A program made the translations under genes and the position numbers. The notes below the pieces were generated by a model, which was given only the letters and a program-made list of their open reading frames with translations, ran no database searches and was not told where the DNA came from. Positions 43,101 to 56,484 of a stretch of 64,000 bases of DNA are shown here, piece by piece. The number at the start of each line of letters is the position of its first letter. Position 1 is the first letter of the stretch. The stretch comes from Bugula neritina (taxonomy: Eukaryota > Animalia > Bryozoa), in contig OZ037765.1 in assembly GCA_964035545.1 (NCBI GenBank), positions 11,232,698-11,296,697 on the forward strand. The letters run 5' to 3'.

Positions 43101-46100
43101 TTTACTATAAATTATAAAATGTAAAAATAAATAGTAAAAAGTAATTTAGAAAGTTCTAGAAGATCTCTTGGTATAGATTTTGCTGTGGTGCTGGATTAAT
43201 TATTTCATAATAGTTGTTCAGAGTTAAAGCAATATTGTTAACAAAAATTTTGTAATTTTAATTACTGTAAGTTGATGTAGGCTTGCATTTATATAAGAGG
43301 TCTTTGTTACTTTGATAATTAGACAATAAAATATTTCATTTATTTAGTGCCAGCGTATTTTTATTTATTTTTACTTTTAACCGGCTTTGGTTTTATTATT
43401 CTATGATTCTATTCTTTGATGGATTATACATATTTATAATTTGAATTCATTTTTAGAAATGCTGCATTACCTGGGTGATTTGTTAGGTTCCTTATCACAT
43501 TTAAAATTGGGCATTCTAAAAGTTTAGGCTCAATTATTCTTGTACCTGCAGTTTATGCCATTATTTAATTACAAAACTCATTATGATTGCAGACATAATA
43601 GAGCTTGACACCAAGACCTTGCCAAAAGATAAGCTAGCCTGTATAGTAGAATGCAGCAGAAAGATCTTTGATGCTTTTCGACTTTCGAATGAAAAGTCTG
43701 GGGTTAATAGTGGCCCGCAGTCTGTTGCTAGTGCAGACGACTTTTTGCCTCTTTTTATCTTCATTATTCTGAAAGCTAATCCTCCAAGACTGAAGTCAAA
43801 CATAAACTACATCACTAGATTTGCCTCCCCTTCTAGGCTGAATAGTGGGGAAGGAGGCTATTTCTTTACTAACATGGTGAGTCATAAGTTGCCTTTCTGG
43901 TGGTTTTAGCGATAGGTGCAGTAATGGAGAAATTGAGAAAAGCCGTGTTCTAGATTGAAAATGTAGTAAAAGAAGTTATGTTCTTGCAAGAATTTCAACT
44001 CCCCCAAACGAAAATGTAATAATGAAATTAAGGAACTTAGGCTTTCTCAATTTCTCAACTACTGCTCGTAAATGTGGTTTTGCACTTCCTTATTCTCCTT
44101 TGATTTGAATAAGCATGCAATTTCATTTTTGATTAATTGAGGAAGTCTCAATATGTTTGAATTATCTTTCTGCTACTTTTAAGTGAAGATGTTTAGTTTT
44201 ATGGTGATATTAAATTTGTATGTCATGCAAATTAATCTGAATAATGAAAACCGGTCTCTTTTATTAAACCTGAATTATGGACATCATAATTAATGGATTA
44301 AAATTATGTGACATAATTAGTTAGTAGGAGCTTCCTGAAATACAATGTTCTCATTAGCAAATTCAAATTTGCCCCTTATATAAAAGTATAATTGCTGGGC
44401 AACCTACAGAACGTTTTTAATCCTCAGGATTTATTTTGAAACTACCTCAAAAGTCCCATTAATTTTCTTATTTCATCTAAAAAGTTATTGTTTCTAATTT
44501 TATAAACCAGCTACTCCTCCCCTTAACCTCCTTATGTAGAGTCAACAGAAACTGAATCTAAGTGCACAATTTTTTTCTTGAAAAACTGTTTAATAATTTT
44601 CACATGAACTTATAAAGATGTGTTTACTCATTTCTCTTCAGGCAATAACTATGAATATCTAACTGGTTAAACTACGTCATAGTTTTGACATTCGGTCCAT
44701 TGTCCAGTTAACCACTGTCCTGGAAGCTAAAACATAATTCATAAATGGCTAGTCATGCGGAGTTTGTCTTTTAACAATGAAGGAACTCTCACTTTCTCAC
44801 TAGCTGAAAATCCTGCACAAACCTGATTTTTCAGGGCTGTGAACTGTGTATCTAGCCTTGTTGTCAATGTATTTTAAAAGTTTTGAGTCAAAAATTTCGC
44901 TTTATTAGGCTATTCATTACTGTATAATCATGGTTTTTATGGTGTTTGGCTGCTTTATTAGCATTTTATTCTATCCATAACGAGCTAAATATATGGAGCT
45001 GAAAATTGCCCATTAGCTTTCCCTTGGCGCCTTGCTTGGCAAATACAGTCTTTCTGTAATCAAGTTTATAGTAAAACTGCTCACTAAGATGTTGGGAGTG
45101 TAATTCTTACATCAGAGAATTATCAAGTTTGTGTTTTGTTTCTCATAGTAGTTCCAGTAACATGATTTTGGTCTGACTTACTTCAACAGCAGTATTTTTA
45201 TAATCAGATTAATTATATAATAATTATTTAGGAATATTGCAAGCCTAACAAATGTTTGTGTTTATCATTCCCTCTGGTTTGATGATCAGTTGTCGTTATC
45301 ATTTAGATACCAACAGTGCAGTTAGTCATATGGCTAGTGATACTCATGCTCACCAAACTCCATAAACCAGTAATAGTTTTCATCTCAATTACAGTACAAT
45401 CAGCAATACAAATTACTTCTCTGGTCTTACATCCAATCTGAAGGACATCAGTGTCAGTAAAAATTTAAAAAAAAGACGATTATTTTTTCTAAAATGCTTG
45501 TAAATATTAATTTTAGGTAAAATGGCACAGGTAATATGCCACAAATGGAAAAGTAGGTAAAAACGGCACACTGATGTTAAATTTTCCCAACCAAATCCAA
45601 ACTCAAGCTCCAAACCTAAACTCCACATTCTAATACCCCAACCCCCACCCCAAACCCTATTATAGAAAATGTGCCATTTTTACCTACTTTGCCATTTGTG
45701 CCATTATTACCTGTACCATTTTACTTGTGCCATTATTACCTGTGCCATTTTACTTGTGCCATTATTACCTGTACCATTTTACTTGTGCCATTATTACCTG
45801 TGCCATTTTACTTGTGCCATTATTACCTGTACCATTTTACTTGTGCCATTATTACCTGTACCATTTTACTTGGGTCATGTTTACCTAAAATCGAGTACTT
45901 CTGGTGAGAAGAACTAATGAGCTAACACTTTGGATTTTCACTTTCATTTATTTTTAGTGTAAACAAGTTTCTAATTATCTTTCAAAATATTGGTAGTTCG
46001 ATAAATTGCACAAAGTATTTGTACCATATTTGGGTTTTTAAATAAGTGCTGCAGAGTCGTAATATTATTTTCAAAAATACCTAATTTTAATTAATAAATT

Positions 46101-49100
46101 GTGGAAGGTTGAATTAAAAAGTAGGAGGCAACTTATTTTTAGGACTATCTATTTTCAAATCATCAAAGTAGCCTGATACTTTTGATTTTTAAATTGAGGT
46201 ATGATAGTTTTTTAAAAATTGAAAATTCAATTGGCAGTCAATACAAGCATAAAAGCAGTGGTACGACCAGGTAAATGTCTGCTAGTTTAGGTCATAAGCA
46301 CGTACCAGTCGGAAAAATCAAAAACTGAAAATGAAAACACTGGAATTTTGACTTGTCTAATGGAATTTCCAAAAATCTATAGCACGAATTTTATTTGCGA
46401 TAGTAAGAAAGTAAGAACTTGAAAATTCAATGGATACCCCTTGCATAAAATAGATATTTAAGCAACCAGATTTTGTTTTAACAACCTTGACTTCCAGTTT
46501 GCTTTTCAGCTGTCAGTGTCACACCTATTTTGTACAAATTCAAGTATAATATTACTATAAGTTATCTTGTCTTGAAAAATTAATTGAATCTTGTTGATAT
46601 GCTTTGTAATAAAATATAAATTTTACTTTTTCAGTCTGATATCTGGTCACAGTCGTGTAGTACTCACTGTTAGTAGTCACTAAATTTAATCACCTAACAG
46701 CTAAGGCTAAAGACAAAAGTTATACTAACAGTAGCAGTAACACAGTGTTAGTATGAATATCAGTAAATCATATTGATAATTCTAATAATAATTGATCAAT
46801 TGCTTTGCAAAATAAATATATTCAATTTGAGTTTGACTAATGGTTTATATACTAACTACTAACATATTAAAGTAAAACTGATAATCCTAATAGTAATTCA
46901 TTAATTAGTGTACAAAATAGATTTGTATTCAATTTGAGTTTGACTAATATTTTAGTTATAAACAACTAAGTAGTAAATTATTTGTAAAGAAGTTAACTTA
47001 TTTTAATCCATAATTGCATTCTTATTGATTAGAATCGTTAAATTAATTTTATGTATTCCATCATGTGCAAAAACTCACTACATGATGTTAGAATAAATAA
47101 AATCAAATTAATGAATAATTGATGGGAATACAATTTTAGGTAAAAATGGCACAGGTAAAAATGGCACAGGTAAAAATGGCACATGTAATTATAGTGCAAA
47201 TGGAAAAGTAGGCAAACCGTTTTTGCCATTTGTGCCATTATTACCTGCGCCGTTTTTACTGGACACCAAGCTCAACGCCAAGTGGGTTCTAGACTTGGCC
47301 TATGACCAATGCAGATTAGGTACCAGATTCTCTACTTAGCACCTTTTATTTAGAAGTTATGTAGAGCCAATGAGGTTTACCTTTCATAGTATCATTCCAA
47401 TTCGGTGCAGTAATAGAGATTTTTCAAGTAAAAATGCCATTAAACGGCATTTTTTGTTAGATAATTGTTGATATATAACATTAAAAAATTGAAAATGTTG
47501 TATGCTAAATCCTTTTATGTAATTTCTAATATTTCCACTACTGCACCTACTTCATTTCTATAAACTTCATTAAAAACTGGTATCTGCACTACCACATAAT
47601 ATAATTTAGATTTTTTAGAAGTTTTTTTAAATATTGTGCATACTTGAATTGATGCCACGATATAAACTTGCAATTTATGCTTTATAATGTGCTTCAATTT
47701 TAAGCTAAAATTAAAAAAAATATCGTCACACTGTCCCAGGGTATCAGCTGATAATTTTTTATCAATAAAAGCTGATATTTTATAACTGAGTAATCATTTA
47801 GTAAGGATAAGCTGGAAACGAGCAGTCAAGCAGGAGCAATTTTGAATCAATTGTCTTGTTATTTTGTCGGTCACCAAGAACCATTGTTAAAATTGAACAG
47901 CTTGTCTAGCACAATCACCCTTTTCTTATGTATCAATTTGTCTCAGTTTAACTTGGCAGTACAAAGTTCAATATTGGTTGATCAAACAGGGGGTGTGGAC
48001 AACAAGATTATTAATCTGGGCTGATTAGGTTATACATCAAAGGGGTGCAAAATAAATAATAAAATAAATATAATGTAGTTGCTACTATTACTTGCGAATA
48101 AAAATACTTTTAACTAGTGCCACCAGTTTTTCATTACATAATCAAAAGTTATCAACTGCCAACAAAGCAAAATAGTGTATGAATACATTGTAAGCATATA
48201 TTATGTACCTGCTAAACAATAAACTGCTGAAACATATTAAATCAGTTGTTGAAAAGTAGTAAGTATCTAATTTAATTTTTTAAAAATTGGAACTCGTTCT
48301 GTTTTCACCTGAAAAATATAACCTTGACCTTTCGCTTTGACTCGGAGAATATAGATTGCCAGGTTTCCTAAAATGTCTATCTCATAAACTACGAAATATC
48401 AATAGTTGAACTCAACTCTCAAAGTCAACTAACTATCGTTGAGTGTTCGACTCAGAGATACCTCATAAACTCCAACTGACTGGGTTGAACTGAAATGGGC
48501 AGATGCACATACCCTGCTAGACTATCGATTCTCTCCACTAGACATGCCTGCTCCAAATTTTTATTACCAGAAAGTATTTTGCTAGCAAATGCACCACCAT
48601 TTAGTTGGTGATGCATTTCAAGCAACTTTCGTTAACTCTGCAGTTCCATTTTAAATTCAACTGTTCATATGTTGAAAAATAGCAACTTAATTAATTATGT
48701 TAAATATTAATAATATTATTATAATTATTATTAGGTAAAATTTTTAATTTGATGTATTTTTAATTTAACAGTGCAATAGCTGACAGCTTGATTAAGCAAT
48801 AGATTTGAAAATTTACCTCCTTCATTATTATGCCTTTACACTGGTAAATCATGGCAAGACTAATTAGAAAAAGTTTAAGAATTTTTCACTTGTTTTTTTT
48901 TTCTGTGCCTAATAATCTTATAAGCTTGGTCACATAAAATGAAATGGCTGCAATAAGAATGATTCTTACATCTTTTTTGTAATGATGTTGAAATCTAAAA
49001 CATTCCTTTAGGTTTTTATTTGAAGGTTCATTACCATCATTATTAGTTTGCCAAAATATTTATTCTATTTTGCTTGTTATTGGCATGCTTATAAAACTTT

Positions 49101-52100
49101 TTCGTTGTTACAATATTTTTACATGATGTTTTTAGCATTTTAATATTAATCGTGTTGCATAATAATTTGGCAACGAGCTGTGATATTTCCTCAACATCAT
49201 TTTCAAGGTTTATTCTAGTGACTATTGCCAAGTAATGATGAAAAAGTGATTAGAAAAACTTTTTCATGACTTTTCTTACTCTATGATGATTTTTAATAAA
49301 GTTATCTATACAATCAGGTGCATATATTGTCAAGCACCATAAGGAAGGCAAAATGGTTTTTTACTTGAAAACTTTAATATACCTTATAAAAATTGTAATA
49401 ACCAAAGTCGCTGCTAAAGAATTTAATGGAATGTCACGACTACAGTCAATTCCGAAGTTCTCTAGGTACAAAATTTACTAATACCAGAGTTAAATCGTTT
49501 TGCTTACATGTGCAACACTCTTTAATTGAGTTGTTCTGCTTTTTTCTTAATGTTTGTTATTATGTAAAAGAATCAATCTGTCACATTAATGAATAGACAA
49601 TAAATCCATTCTTGGTTAGGCTTATTGGAGGTATTGGAAATGAAAGCTACAGCTTCTTTGATACCTAAAAATATAAACCTTTCATAAAAGGCTATATGGG
49701 TATTACTAATAGTTCAAATTAGTAGAATTTTCTAGGTACCTCCAATTAGCATAAAAACTATTTGGTCAGTAAAATAAACTGGTGGTATCAGTTACTTTAA
49801 ATTCTGCTTTCACAAAGCAATAATTATTAAAAATTTAGTTTTTTGTTAGGATTTTCTCTTAGTTCCAATATTTGCACTCTAATATTGTGCTGCTTGACCT
49901 ATTACAGGACAATTTAGGCAAATCTAACAATATTTTAATAATTGTTGCTGAAAACCACGGAAGAACCTGACAAATAATGTATTAGTTGAGAACCCTTTAG
50001 CTGCAGTTTTTTACTAGATAGCACTGGTACTGCCGTACTTATAAATCTTCATATTAATAGCTTATAAAAGAGGTTTTGTTTCAAATGCATTCCTCCAAAA
50101 TGATTCAGAAATTTGATTGCAACATTTCAACTTAGTCTATTTATTTTTCTATCTATAGTACGTGGCATCACAATAATATGCTTGTGGGTGATACATAAGT
50201 TATTCAGTATTTTGGAATTATTATTCATATTCCCATCAAGTATATTTAAACTGCTATAAATACAACATTTAAAAATATGCACACTAATCTTACGCCCCCA
50301 ACTATATAATAAATTAAATTTGAATTATAACTCAAGTGCAGTATGAATATTCATTCTATTGCTGTAGGATATGGCGTGGCAGATTTGAAGTATCTGAACT
50401 CATCTTAGTATGGGCCTAAATAGTCAACTCATTATTATGATGGAGTATATTGTATGAGGCTTACTTACTAGCTTGGTTTGGGGTAACAGTTGCGAGGTAT
50501 TATACTCTTGTTTGTATGGAGAGCAAGGCATGAATGTCGATAAGGGCTTTTATTCAGTCAGTGACCCTGTAACACGTGGGAGGTGAAACTTCAAGTGTCT
50601 GAGACCTAAATTACTGCTTTTGGAGCGACTAGCTTGCCCTTCCCCTCCCTCTAACGTGCTGTGCAAAGCAGCGAGTTGCTTAGCAATTTTCTTAATGTAT
50701 AAATTAATCTTTTGTGAACTCTTTTATTTATTAGAATTAGAAACACATTTTGTTGAGGAGAGTATCTTCTCCAAACAAGTTTACACCTTAGGGTTTTGCC
50801 AGTCTGGTCGGAGCAAATGGAATTGATGTTGGAATTTTGAAGCAGTATTTTTTTAACTTGTTGGAGTCACTGCATCATCCCTTCCTCAAAATATGTTAGT
50901 ACAGTGAACAGTTACAGTGACCAGTTACAGTGACCAGTTACAGTGACCAGTTACAGTGACCAGTTACAGTGACCAGTTACAGTGACCAGTTACAGTGACC
51001 AGTTACAGTGACCAGTTACAGTGACCAGTTACAGTGACCAGTTACAGTGACCAGTTACAGTGACCAGTTACAGTGACCAGTTACAGTGACCAGTTACAGT
51101 GACCAGTTACAGTGACCAGTTACAGTGACCAGTTACAGTGACCAGTTACAGTGACTTATTCGTCTGATATATTTTAAATCTTTCTTGTACTGAAATTAAC
51201 TGAACTTTATTTTGCTGGTTACAATTATGGATATGAGTAAATATAACCTGCCATTGTATAAAATATGCCTTTATACTTTCAAATTTCTGTCAGTAGCGTA
51301 ATTTATCAAATAAAAGTGTTCTTGTAATTCTTATTTAAATGTAAGCTAAAATATTCCATTTTAAATTAAATTTCAAGTTCGACATCAATACAATCTTTAA
51401 TCGATCAAATGCAATGCTTCTAACTCCGAGTACTTATTAAGCCTTTAGGCATTCATCTGCAAACTAACTGGCTTCTAACAAACTAACAGCTTCTCTCCAC
51501 AACGCTGCTAATGGCACAAAAGCACGCTTGCTCGTCTTCTTTCACTACTTTCAGAAAATGCTTTCTGTTGTCAGTTTTTGTGACGCCATTAGCTGACAGT
51601 GAGATAATTGATGATTACTTACACAGTAATTTTTGTTTCGTCACCACGCACTTATTTAGATAGTTATATCAGTGTAAGCTTCTGGAAGGTTGTTTTAGGA
51701 TTCTTTTAGTAGCCTACTATATAGGATTTGTTGTGGAGTTTTAGTTATTTTAAAACGTAGCTAAATATAAAGCTTAGATAGATTTCAGTTTTCACCCAAC
51801 TCATAATGCTTTCAGTAACTGTATTCATGGTAGTAATGTTATACTAGATCCTATTCCCTGGACAAATACTGGGACTTCAGAGATTGCTTTCGTGTGATCA
51901 AATACTAGAACGAATTTATGACTTGGTTCTGATGTGATGCGTGCAACAATTTCTCTCTAAGTGGCATTAATCATGCAGTAATTTAAAGCTTACAGCATAA
52001 AAAATTTTGAACTATCTATCTGATAATATTTTTCGTTAAAATAACGTGCATTTGACTATCGTTAAACATTTTTAGGGTCATTTTTGTACTTTGCTCTTCT

Positions 52101-55100
52101 GGTCAAAACATAGAATAGATATCGGGTTTGCTAAAACCACAAGACCGTGGTGTGGGCTCAACTTTGAAGTATCTCATTTGATTTGAGATAACTCAGTATT
52201 CCATTTATTCCATCTTTAGGTCAAATTCCAAAATACATACGTTGTACATAACTGGTGGAACATTTTTATTTTTCTTAGCAAGTCCCCATTTTTGCTGCAT
52301 TTTCTTTTAAAGTTTTATTAAATGCCTCCATGAATCTCTCACACCTACACTCTATTAACCAACTATTACAAATTGGCCAATAATTTAAATGACAGTTTAG
52401 TACTTGGAGAACACGATACATTCCTTGAGCAGCTATTCAGCTGTTTTTCAACCATCAAAATAAGTTAAACTTACAGTGAAGTTTTAAAATAAGTCAACAA
52501 ATGACTTTAAAAAGTCAAAAGCTACAAGTAAAAAAAACTCGGGCGGCCCTTTCCAGCATCTGTATTTTTTGCAGTTAATTATGGTAGAATACTTGTATAG
52601 TCAAGCAAAGACAAAATATAGATGCAAAAACGTAGTATTGTTGGCCTTTATTGCTGGTTGTGAAAAGACAACTGCCACAAAGTTATTTTTTCATTTCCAA
52701 TACATTGTGTGAAGTGAACACAGTTCTAGGCTGCAGTTTCTTTTTTCATATTTATTCAAAACATTAATGTTTGGTCACGTGGGGAAGATGCTATTTGCTG
52801 GTCTACATGCATTCACCAACTCAGCTAAAGTATTCCAGCCTATCTTAGACTGCAACCCATCAAAATTGTGTAAACTGTTTTCATCAGTGCAGTGTCTTCT
52901 TGTACAGTATTGATAGTGTAGTCTTCTAATGCTTTCTTGTACAATGAAAGATATTAGAAACATCTGAAGTCCCTCAAAGCTCCATGTATAACGATTTCTA
53001 TTCCAACTTTGAGGCATTTGAATTTTATATCTTTTAAAATGTTTTCATTTAATTTTTATCAACTTGCTTGAAATAAGTTGATTTCATTTGACTTTGTTTG
53101 CTGGTAAGGTTGGCAGCAAACTTCAAATTATATGCATTAGCCAAGCCAGTTTAATCTATAGAATTGCTTGGTTTAATTAAACTGCTATATGAAGTAGTCA
53201 TTTTTTATAGAAATATGGAGCCTTTAAATTTCCTTTAAAACAGTTTGTCAGCAAGCTTACTATTAGCTACTACATCACCAGCACTTCTGTGTTCTTTGAT
53301 GTGTAAACAAGTGAAGTACATCTTACAGCTTGAAAATGCAGTCAACTGCATAGTGGAATAGTTCTACTATATAGCAGGGCGTAGGATTTTTCTAATGTGA
53401 AATTACAAGTTTATTGTAAGTAAACTTAGTTCGGTTAAAAGTTCAAACTTTAAAGTATAATAATTGTAACGTTTGCCATTAGTAGTATTCATGAATTCAA
53501 CTAGTTTTTTTTTTACTTGAGTTGAAAACCTACAGTCTTCGTAATTTAGTGATGTAAGTTTTCTTTAGAATGTAAAATAGACTGAGTTTAACAGGCTCTT
53601 ATCAGCATCACATCCATGAAATATGAGGTCTTCAATGATGCATCGTTGGTTTTTTAAAGCTCTGCAGATTGTTATCGTTTTTTGTGAGATGTAACTTTAG
53701 CTAACGTCTATATTGTAACCTTTTGTTATATAATGTCTTCATGGCCATTACATTGTACTGCACACAATACATACCACACTCAATATTTTCTACAGGGATG
53801 TAGAAAGTTGTACAACATAAATTAAGGGATCAACACATGAATTTAATTTATTAAGTGTTTTTCCCCTTATTATTCTAATTTCTTGCTTTGTAAATTTATA
53901 GATTAAGCTAATAGTTCAGATAAAATATACCATTTGCGGTAAATTTACAGTGTTAATGACTTTTCATAGCATCTACCTTTAAAGTTGCTCCTCAAAAAAT
54001 ATACATCTTACTCATTTGCAATTCAATGGCAATATCTAGGAGGCTCTATCAAAATACATCAATGTTTGGAGAATATTAGAAATTCACAGATAAAACAGTA
54101 TATATTTTTGTTTTCAATAAGGTTGGTGGCAGTATGCCAAGTGCTTTCCATGAAAAACTAGAATTTAGATTTTTAAATTCTGCTACTATAACTAGATATG
54201 TAGCCTATATAGAGTTATAAGATTTTACATCTTCTGTAGTAATTTATGAAGAGTAGCCCTTCTGTTAAATGCCTAGCACTCCCCCACTTACCCCAGAGAA
54301 TAAAGCTGTTCCGGTGATAAAACTTTATTTCTATTCTCAATATTTTGCCAAGCTGTAATATTTCTTTCTTTAGTAATGTCATAAAATAAAAGCTGTGACA
54401 CAAATGGATAGTTATGTACAAAATTAATCTGTACATAAACAGTGTTATTTTCATTGTAACAAATGTCTACAAACTAATAGTCTGTGTTACAGGAAGTAAT
54501 GTGATTTTTAAATTGTGTTTTTGATTTAGTTGGGTCATAGATTTGTAGTCTCATGTGCCAATTCAAACAGCTTCGGTTTTAATGTATTTTTTGCACAGCT
54601 ATTTGGCAATGGGGCAGGCCAAAATAATTGTCCCTTGTGCTACGAAGTTTAGGAGCTTAGAATATCCTGGTTGAATGCCTAAAAGAAAAATAGCTGCACT
54701 ATTGGTTTTACTGCTAATATGCTATTTTAATGCTTTTGTTTTACTTTTAACTTTTCTGCCAAAATACTCAGATAATGTTTCTCCTTTTGTGATCTTAACT
54801 GTAATAAAGCCCTACTTTGGGAGGTTGTTGGTTGTGCTGTTGTCATTGCATTTCTAGGCACCAAGAGAGTCAATCTATGGCTCTTGGTTAGTTTTCTAGG
54901 GAACCAAATTTCTGGTACACTTGCAATAGGAAATGCATTGAGTTTCATTTATTCTTTCTTCCAGTGCTGCGTTGTGGACTTTATTGAGAAGTTGAACGCT
55001 GAATCATTGAATTTATCCGAAGAAGAGTTTGATTCTTATATGAGTGGGAGGACAACTGCTGAGGGTGTGAACACTGTCTATGTTTGTGATGGTCTCAGGC

Positions 55101-55785
55101 TCATTCACGAGAACAATGGAATGATAAAGAGGCTGAAAGAAAGACAAGAAAAATATGTGAACAGTGTTTTAAACCTGGAGCATAAATTATCGGAGTTCCG
55201 TGAGCAGTAAGTAAAACTACTTTTGAATTAGAACTTAGTTTTTATGTTAGTCAATGCTTCAACGTTACTTCAGATTAATGGTTATTTATGGAGTTGAAAT
55301 TTATTCCTTCGGTCTAAGTTCAGTGAAAGATTAACTGCTAAGTAGATGCATGTTTTTTTTGCAGTTAGCAAAAAACTTAAGTTATACTGTATTCTGTTGA
55401 ATTTTGAATATGTAATAAAGGATAGATGGATGGAAGTCATAAACTGGGAGTAAAAAACCTATTTTTTAGTAGTAGCAGTTTTGTAAAGGGTAGCCACATA
55501 ATTCTATGGTTCAACAACTTCCTAGAACCTTGTCCAAGCTTTAGCCTGGATCTGTCTTAGGAGTATTTAAATTAATGCAGCATAACTAATTTTCATCACT
55601 TTTATTCATACCACCAAATTGTTTTATGCTTCAGATTTGATGAGCAAATCAACCAGTTGGTCTTACGGGCACCACTCACCTTGAAACCTAAAAGAGGCAA
55701 GGCTGATGTTGACCTTGATCATGACATTCCACGCAGCTTACCGAGTCCAATTTTACCTCAGCAGATTTCTAACAGTCAAATTTAA
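37153..55785 (+). CDS. RABGEF1: Rab5 GDP/GTP exchange factor Rabex-5 (A20 zinc finger, VPS9 domain, coiled coil)
   Basis: Exons 37153-37477, 38274-38480, 39181-39310, 42900-42997, 43593-43876, 54965-55206 and 55635-55785. Motifs [53 protein letters not shown] and C-terminal LPSPILPQ. Confidence 0.95.
40317..40673. mobile_element. PIF/Harbinger-like MITE
   Basis: tta|ggctatggccacatgactaggatt ... aatcccagtcgtgtagccctagcc|taa (TWA flanks). Confidence 0.7.
43915..44068. mobile_element. Small TA-flanked hairpin MITE
   Basis: gcagtaatggagaaattgagaaaagcc ... ggctttctcaatttctcaactactgc. Confidence 0.65.
45509..45892. mobile_element. 'aaatggcacaggt' family copy 3 with an expanded 29-bp sub-terminal array
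   Basis: Same internal structure as 34092-34370, with about 6 tandem tgtgccattattacctgt(a/g)ccattttact units at 45697-45870. Confidence 0.85.
46645..46900. repeat. Short periodic tract of the promoter-flanking type inside RABGEF1's 11-kb intron
   Basis: gtagtactcactgttagtagtcact, actaacagtagcagtaacacagtgttagtatg. Confidence 0.55.
47132..47267. mobile_element. 'aaatggcacaggt' family copy 4, internally deleted
   Basis: aattttaggtaaaaatggcacagg...tttttactggacacc. Confidence 0.8.
50909..51155. repeat. Perfect 13-bp minisatellite (cagttacagtgac)x19
   Basis: 247 bp = 19 identical units. Confidence 0.97.
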
Positions 55786-56484
55786 TTCTATGTTGTGAAT
55801 ATATTTTTGTAAACCTTAATTTAACTAACCTGTACATTTTGATGTGTATGGCGGTAATATTTGTAACAATGTAACAGCAGCCATTTAGATGTCATTTATA
55901 CAATTTTTGTGACGCCAAGCTACAGTTTTGGATTTTTGGGTTTCATATTTTGGAATAAAGCCAAGGCTTGAATCTAGACTGCCTGTTACGTGAGGCACTT
56001 GAAGGAAATAAAAATTGTGTAAGGTGAGACTTTTATGATCACATATTTATGATCACAGATGCAACATGTGTTGCAAAGATATTGTCAGCTGAAGTGTTAA
56101 ATAATAAAATATTTTTATCAATGCTACATTTAAAAATATTATTGGATGTTATGGAATGCTTCATAAGCAATTGTAGCTAATTTACAACACATGTCCCCTT
56201 GGCAGATGTTTGGTCTGGTTAAATTTTATATTATACACGTGGTGAGCAGTGTAGTGTATTAATACGCTATTATAATAGAAGCATTGTGGCATTATAATGG
56301 GAGTTGGTATTAAATTGTTTTACTATAACTTTATAGTAATAATATGCTCAGAGAATGCTGAAAGTTGATTGGTTAAAATGCAGTTGCTGTGAAGCTTGCA
56401 GTATAAGAAGCACATACCAAAACAAATTAGAGCCATTTCAACTAGTGACATTTCACAGCTTAGGTTCACTTGAGTTCACTTAAA

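Noticed and set aside
43148-43162. Perfect HSE in a RABGEF1 intron
   Set aside because: No promoter context; compatible with chance in AT-rich DNA.
45669-45917. Repetitive Cys/His/Tyr ORFs
   Set aside because: Translations of the 29-bp MITE-derived array.
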